Shown: positions 59,778 to 64,000 of the stretch, piece after piece
Layout: each line of letters opens with the position of its first letter
Position numbering within the stretch: position 1 is the stretch's first letter
Assembly: GCA_040752335.1 (NCBI GenBank)
Contig: JBFMEV010000011.1
Span: forward strand, 7,465-71,464
Direction of reading: 5' to 3'
Length of the DNA stretch: 64,000 bases
From: Chloroflexota bacterium
GTDB lineage: Bacteria; Chloroflexota; Limnocylindria; Limnocylindrales; CSP1-4
Position numbers and translations under genes: made by a program
The notes under the pieces: generated by a model
Databases searched by the model: none
Told to the model about the DNA's origin: nothing
The model's input: only the letters and a program-made list of their open reading frames with translations

Positions 59778-60706
59778 GCGGGCACCCCCTGGGCGGGCTC
59801 GGCGGCAGGTTCTGCGACGGCGTCGGCGGCCTCGCCGGCGACGCTCTCGTCGGTCGTGGCGCCAGGCTTCGGTCGCGTCCGAAGCCCGATCTCGCAGGCC
59901 CGGCGCTCCATCGCCGCCTGCTCGAACGGCCGGTACGTCGTGAGACGATCTGACAGTTCCCGGAAATCGACGTCGTGGCCATCGAACTCCGGGCCGTCGA
60001 CGCAGGCGTAGCGGATCTCGCCGTGGACCGTCACCCGGCAGCCGCCGCACATGCCCGTGCCATCGACCATCACCGGGTTGAGCGAGACGGTCGTCTTGAG
60101 GCCGGCCGGCCGGGTCATCTCGGCGACGGCCCGCATCATCGGCACCGGGCCGACGGCGAAGACCTCGTCGATGCCGCCGGCGGCGATGACATCGGCCAGG
60201 GCCTCCGTCACGAACCCGGGCCGGCCGTACGAGCCGTCGTCGGTGCAGGCGATGACCGTGCCGCAGGCGGCGAGCTCCGCCTCGAGGATCACCCACTCGC
60301 GCGACCGGCCGCCGATGATGCTGGTGACCTCGACGCCGCGCCGATGGAGCTCCTGGGCGATCGGCAGGATGACGGCCGTGCCCACGCCGCCGCCCACGCA
60401 GACCGCGTGCCCATGCTCAGGAAGCTCCGTCGGGCGGCCCAGGGGTCCGGCGACATCGGCGATCGCGTCGCCTGGCTGGAGCTCGACGAGGTCGGCCGTG
60501 CTCTTGCCGACCGACTGGATGACGAGCGAGATCGTGCCGGCTTCCGGATCGCCGTCGGCGATCGTCAACGGGATTCGCTCCGCGCCGCGGCCCAGGTGGA
60601 CGATCACGAACTGGCCGGGCTGCCGGATCTCGGCGATCCGGGGCGCCTCGAGAACGAGCCGGGTCACGTTCGGTGAGAGGCGCTCGTTCCGGAGAATGGG
60701 ATGCAT
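59774..60706 (-). CDS. PyrK/NfnA/SudB-type ferredoxin-NADP reductase-like electron-transfer subunit (FAD plus [2Fe-2S])
   Basis: Minus strand. ATG 60706 gives MHPILRNERLSPNVTRLVLEAPRIAEIRQPGQFVIV.... C-terminal Cys cluster CGGCRV...C. Paired with the GltD-like gene as in NfnAB/sulfide dehydrogenase. Confidence 0.8.
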   Translation of the reverse strand: MHPILRNERLSPNVTRLVLEAPRIAEIRQPGQFVIVHLGRGAERIPLTIADGDPEAGTISLVIQSVGKSTADLVELQPGDAIADVAGPLGRPTELPEHGHAVCVGGGVGTAVILPIAQELHRRGVEVTSIIGGRSREWVILEAELAACGTVIACTDDGSYGRPGFVTEALADVIAAGGIDEVFAVGPVPMMRAVAEMTRPAGLKTTVSLNPVMVDGTGMCGGCRVTVHGEIRYACVDGPEFDGHDVDFRELSDRLTTYRPFEQAAMERRACEIGLRTRPKPGATTDESVAGEAADAVAEPAAEPAQGVPA

Positions 60707-60846
60707 GCGGGGACCGCCACGGTACGAAGTCGTCGCTCCTGATCCTCGCAAGCGACAGCCACCGCACCACAGCGCCGGAACGCACGGTTGGCGGGGGCCG
60801 AACGTCACCTCCCTGGCGGGCCCTCAGCGTTGCACGGGCGCCGGGA

Positions 60847-61656
60847 TCAGCCCGCGAAGAGGGCGGCGTCCTTGCCCTTCGGCCAATAGAGCTCCTTCTT
60901 GACGTGGAACTCCGGGAAACCGCGGTGCATCAGCTCGGTCTCGACGTTGATGATCATCTCGGGGTTGCCGCAGATGTAGACGACCGTCCGATCCGGTCGC
61001 AGCCCGAGGTCCTTGCACACGCCGGCGACCACCCGCTCAACCCGCCCGGTCCGACCGGCCCAGCCATCGTTGCGGGGGTCGTTGGGGCGCGAGATCGTGG
61101 GCACATAGGTCAGCGGGTAGCCCCTCTCCCGCTCGAGGCCCTCGAGGTAGTCGCGGTAGCCCAGCTCGTCCGTATACGAGCAGCCGTGGAGGACGACCGT
61201 CTTGCGCCGATCCTCGCGCAGCATCGTGTCCCGGATCATGGCGACGAACGGCGCGATCCCGGTTCCCGTCGAGACGTACAGGTGCGTCCGGTCGTCGTCC
61301 GGCTCGAGGAGGAACTTGCCCTTCGGCCCGATCATCCGCATCCGGTGGCCGATCGGCAGCCGCCACAGCGCCGTGGTGAACCGGATGACCGGCACGACCC
61401 GGACGTAGAACTCGTAGCCGTCAGTGCCGCTCAGCTGGGGCGGCGAGGCGACCGAGTACGGCCGCTGGAGGAGCTTGCCGTCGACGACGACGCCGGTCGT
61501 CATGTACTGGCCCGGCTCGAAGGGCGTCGGCTCGCCGTCGAAGCGAACCCAGAAGTAGGCGAGCTCGGGGGTCTGGTCCTCGCGCCGGACAAGCGTCGCG
61601 TTGTAGATCGGTGCGTCGGGCTCGATGACCCGCGTGTCCTCGGCGTGATGCGGCAT
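60847..61656 (-). CDS. fpr: Ferredoxin--NADP(+) reductase (FNR family); the start is ATG 61656 or 61713
   Basis: Minus strand. ...YNATLVRREDQTPELAYFWVRFDGEPTPFEPGQYMTTGV... with FAD-binding RPYSVAS and NAD(P)-binding HLYVSTGTGIAPF motifs. Confidence 0.8.
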   Translation of the reverse strand: MPHHAEDTRVIEPDAPIYNATLVRREDQTPELAYFWVRFDGEPTPFEPGQYMTTGVVVDGKLLQRPYSVASPPQLSGTDGYEFYVRVVPVIRFTTALWRLPIGHRMRMIGPKGKFLLEPDDDRTHLYVSTGTGIAPFVAMIRDTMLREDRRKTVVLHGCSYTDELGYRDYLEGLERERGYPLTYVPTISRPNDPRNDGWAGRTGRVERVVAGVCKDLGLRPDRTVVYICGNPEMIINVETELMHRGFPEFHVKKELYWPKGKDAALFAG

Positions 61657-61976
61657 CGGGCTGGTCGTCGCTCCCTGCGTGGGTTGCCCGCAGGCAGGGC
61701 TGCTCGCGGGCATGGCCGTTCGTCGGGATTGTAGTTGCGGGTCGTGGCCGCCGGGTTTCGACCCGCCGATCGGGAACCCAAACGGAACCCGCCCGCCTCC
61801 CAGCCGCAAACGTCGGGCGGCCGGGCCACCGACGGTACAATCCCGTGGACATCCGAACGATCTCCGCGGCCCACCGGCGAGCCCGCGCCGACCGGCGGGC
61901 CGCGCCGCCGCCCCGCCGCAGGAGCCCATCCACCCTGGCCACCGCCGCCCGGACCGACCGTGCCCCTCGCGCCCAT

Positions 61977-64000
61977 CGCGCTTCGAAGCGCTACATCTAC
62001 AGCTGGGGCGGGGGCGCGGCCGAGGGTGACGCCACGATGCGCGACCTCCTCGGCGGGAAGGGCGCCGGCCTGGCCGAGATGACGGCCGCCGGCCTCCCGG
62101 TCCCGCCCGGCTTCACGATCACGACCGAGGCCTGCAACGACTACTTCGCCGCCGGCGAGCAGCTCCCGGCCGGTCTCTGGGACGACGTCCTCGAGGCAGT
62201 GCGGGACGTGGAGTCGCAGACCGGCAAGGGCTTCGGCGACCCAGCCAACCCGCTCCTCGTCTCGGTCCGCTCGGGGGCCAGGTTCTCGATGCCCGGGATG
62301 ATGGACACGGTCCTCAACCTCGGCCTCAACGAGGCGACGCTCCAGGGCCTCGTCCGGCTCACGGGTAACGAGCGCTTCGGCTGGGACGCCTACCGGCGCT
62401 TCATCCAGATGTTCGGCCGGATCGTCATGGACGTCCCGGGCGAGCGATTCGACCAGGCGCTCGATGCGAAGAAGCACGCCCGGGGCGCGAAGCAGGACAC
62501 GGACCTCGACGCCGCCGACCTGCGCGATGTCGCGGCCGACTACCGGACGATCGTCCGCGAGGTCACCGGCCGCGACTTCCCCGAGGACCCCGACGAGCAG
62601 CTCGACCTCGCGATCAAGGCAGTCTTCGCCTCGTGGTTCGGGAAGCGCGCCCGGGACTATCGCGAGTACAACAAGATCGCCCACGATCTCGGCACGGCCG
62701 TCAACGTCGTGACGATGGTCTTCGGCAACATGGGTGAGGATTCCGGGACGGGCGTGGCCTTCACCCGCGACCCCAACACCGGCGACAAGGCCCTCTACGG
62801 CGAGTACCTCACGAACGCCCAGGGCGAGGACGTGGTGGCCGGCATCCGGACCCCCCAGCCGATCGCCCACATGCAGGAGGCGATGCCCGCGGTCTACGAC
62901 GAGTTCCAGCGGATCGCCGATCGCCTTGAGCACCACTATCGCGACGTCCAGGACCTCGAGTTCACGATCGAGCGCGGGCGTCTCTACATGCTCCAGACCC
63001 GCTCGGCCAAGCGGACGGCGGCGGCGGCGGTCCGCATCGCGACCGATATGGTCGCGGACGGGATCATCTCGAAGGAGGAGGCCATCGGCCGGATCGAGCC
63101 GGCGATGGTCGACCAGCTCCTCCGGGCGACGTTCGATCCCAAGGCCCTGAAGGGCGCGACGAAGATCGTCAACGGCCTCAACGCCTCGCCCGGCGCGGCC
63201 GTCGGCCGCGCTGTCTTCGACGCCGACGTGGCGGTCGAGTGGGTCAATCGCGGCGAGAAGGTCATCCTCGTCCGGATCGAGACCTCGCCCGACGACTTCC
63301 ACGGCATGGCCGTGGCCCAGGGGATCATCACCGCCCGCGGCGGGGCGACGTCCCACGCGGCCGTCGTCGCCCGCCAGATCGGCAAGCCCTGTGTCGCCGG
63401 CTCGTCCGACCTCATCGTCGACTACGCCACGAAGCAGGCCCACTGCAACGTGACCGGCACCGAGTTCAAGGAGGGCGACTGGGTCAGCCTCGACGGCTCG
63501 ACCGGGGCCCTCTACGCCGGCGCGCTGCCGACGGTCGAGGCCCGCTTCGAGGACCAGCCCGAGCTCCAGGCGATCCTCGGCTGGGCGGACGAGCTCCGCC
63601 GGATGCAGGTCTGGACCAACGCCGATAAGCCCGAGGAGGCCGCCCAGGCCCGTCGCTACGGGGCTCAAGGCATCGGCCTCTGCCGGACCGAGCACATGTT
63701 CCGCGAGGGCGAGCGCCTCGAGATCGTGCGCGGCGCGATCCTGGTGGCCAACCGGGCCACGCGGGCCAAGGCGAAGGTCGCGGCCGGGGGGTCGGTCGAT
63801 CCCGAGGAGCTCGAGGCGATCGCCACCTTCGATGCGGCGATGGCCAGGCTCGAGGCCCTCCAGCAGGGCGACTTCGAGGGCATCTTCGAGGCCATGGACG
63901 GCCTGCCGGTCGTCATCCGCCTCATCGATCCGCCGCTCCACGAGTTCCTGCCGAACCTCGAGGAGCAGCTTGTCAAGGTCACGAGGGCGGACGCGAACGG
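61977..64000 (+). CDS. ppdK: Pyruvate, phosphate dikinase, 3'-truncated by the window end; the 5' boundary is approximate
   Basis: Frame-0 translation from about 61986: KRYIYSWGGGAAEGDATMRDLLGGKGAGLAEMTAAGLPVPPGFTITTEAC.... It includes the phosphohistidine-domain GGATSHAAVVARQIG. No stop codon, so the ORF is absent from the supplied track. No canonical start lies immediately upstream of the conserved N-terminus. Confidence 0.85.

Noticed and set aside
61845-61847. GTG 61845 as the ppdK start codon
   Set aside because: It would add a 47-aa R/A/P-rich non-conserved extension, and it coincides with the predicted transcription start downstream of the TACAAT -10 box.

Overview
High-GC (~70%) bacterial chromosomal window that is almost entirely core housekeeping. 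Genes are on the + strand from position 1 to about 50.1 kb. The first ~30 kb is a fused ribosomal super-operon: rpoB (5' partial)-rpoC, then the str (rpsL-rpsG-fusA-tuf), S10, spc and alpha blocks, then truA-rplM-rpsI. Next come argF, a TPR protein, the c-di-AMP module cdaA-cdaR-glmM-glmS, acpS, nnrD, alr and a macro-domain protein. After these are a coupled pair of unrecognised proteins (41.8-44.5 kb) and a small antisense ORF. The run continues with tsaE-tsaB-rimI-tsaD, rsmA, ispE, ridA, glmU and a CorC/TlyC-type CBS transporter. On the minus strand are a polyprenyl synthase and an nfnA-nfnB-like oxidoreductase pair plus a ferredoxin-NADP reductase. The remaining + strand genes are recO, glyQS, a duplicated membrane protein and the 5' part of ppdK. 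No CRISPR array, rRNA or tRNA gene was found. The most interesting signals are listed here. (1) A ~100-nt dispersed repeat element occurs in three full copies and one deleted copy. It fills every unusually large gap inside the ribosomal super-operon, and its 3' end supplies ATGGC start codons. (2) A 23-bp tandem repeat (about 4.5 copies), each copy carrying GGAGGTGA, lies at the ridA stop and opens a 465-nt non-coding region. (3) The unrecognised coupled gene pair may contain an ASKHA-like ATPase fold. (4) Several universal ribosomal proteins carry lineage-specific extensions, notably L24 with a C-x2-C...C-x2-C zinc-ribbon-like C-terminus. (5) alr and ppdK have no canonical in-frame start codon at the position where their conserved N-termini require one.
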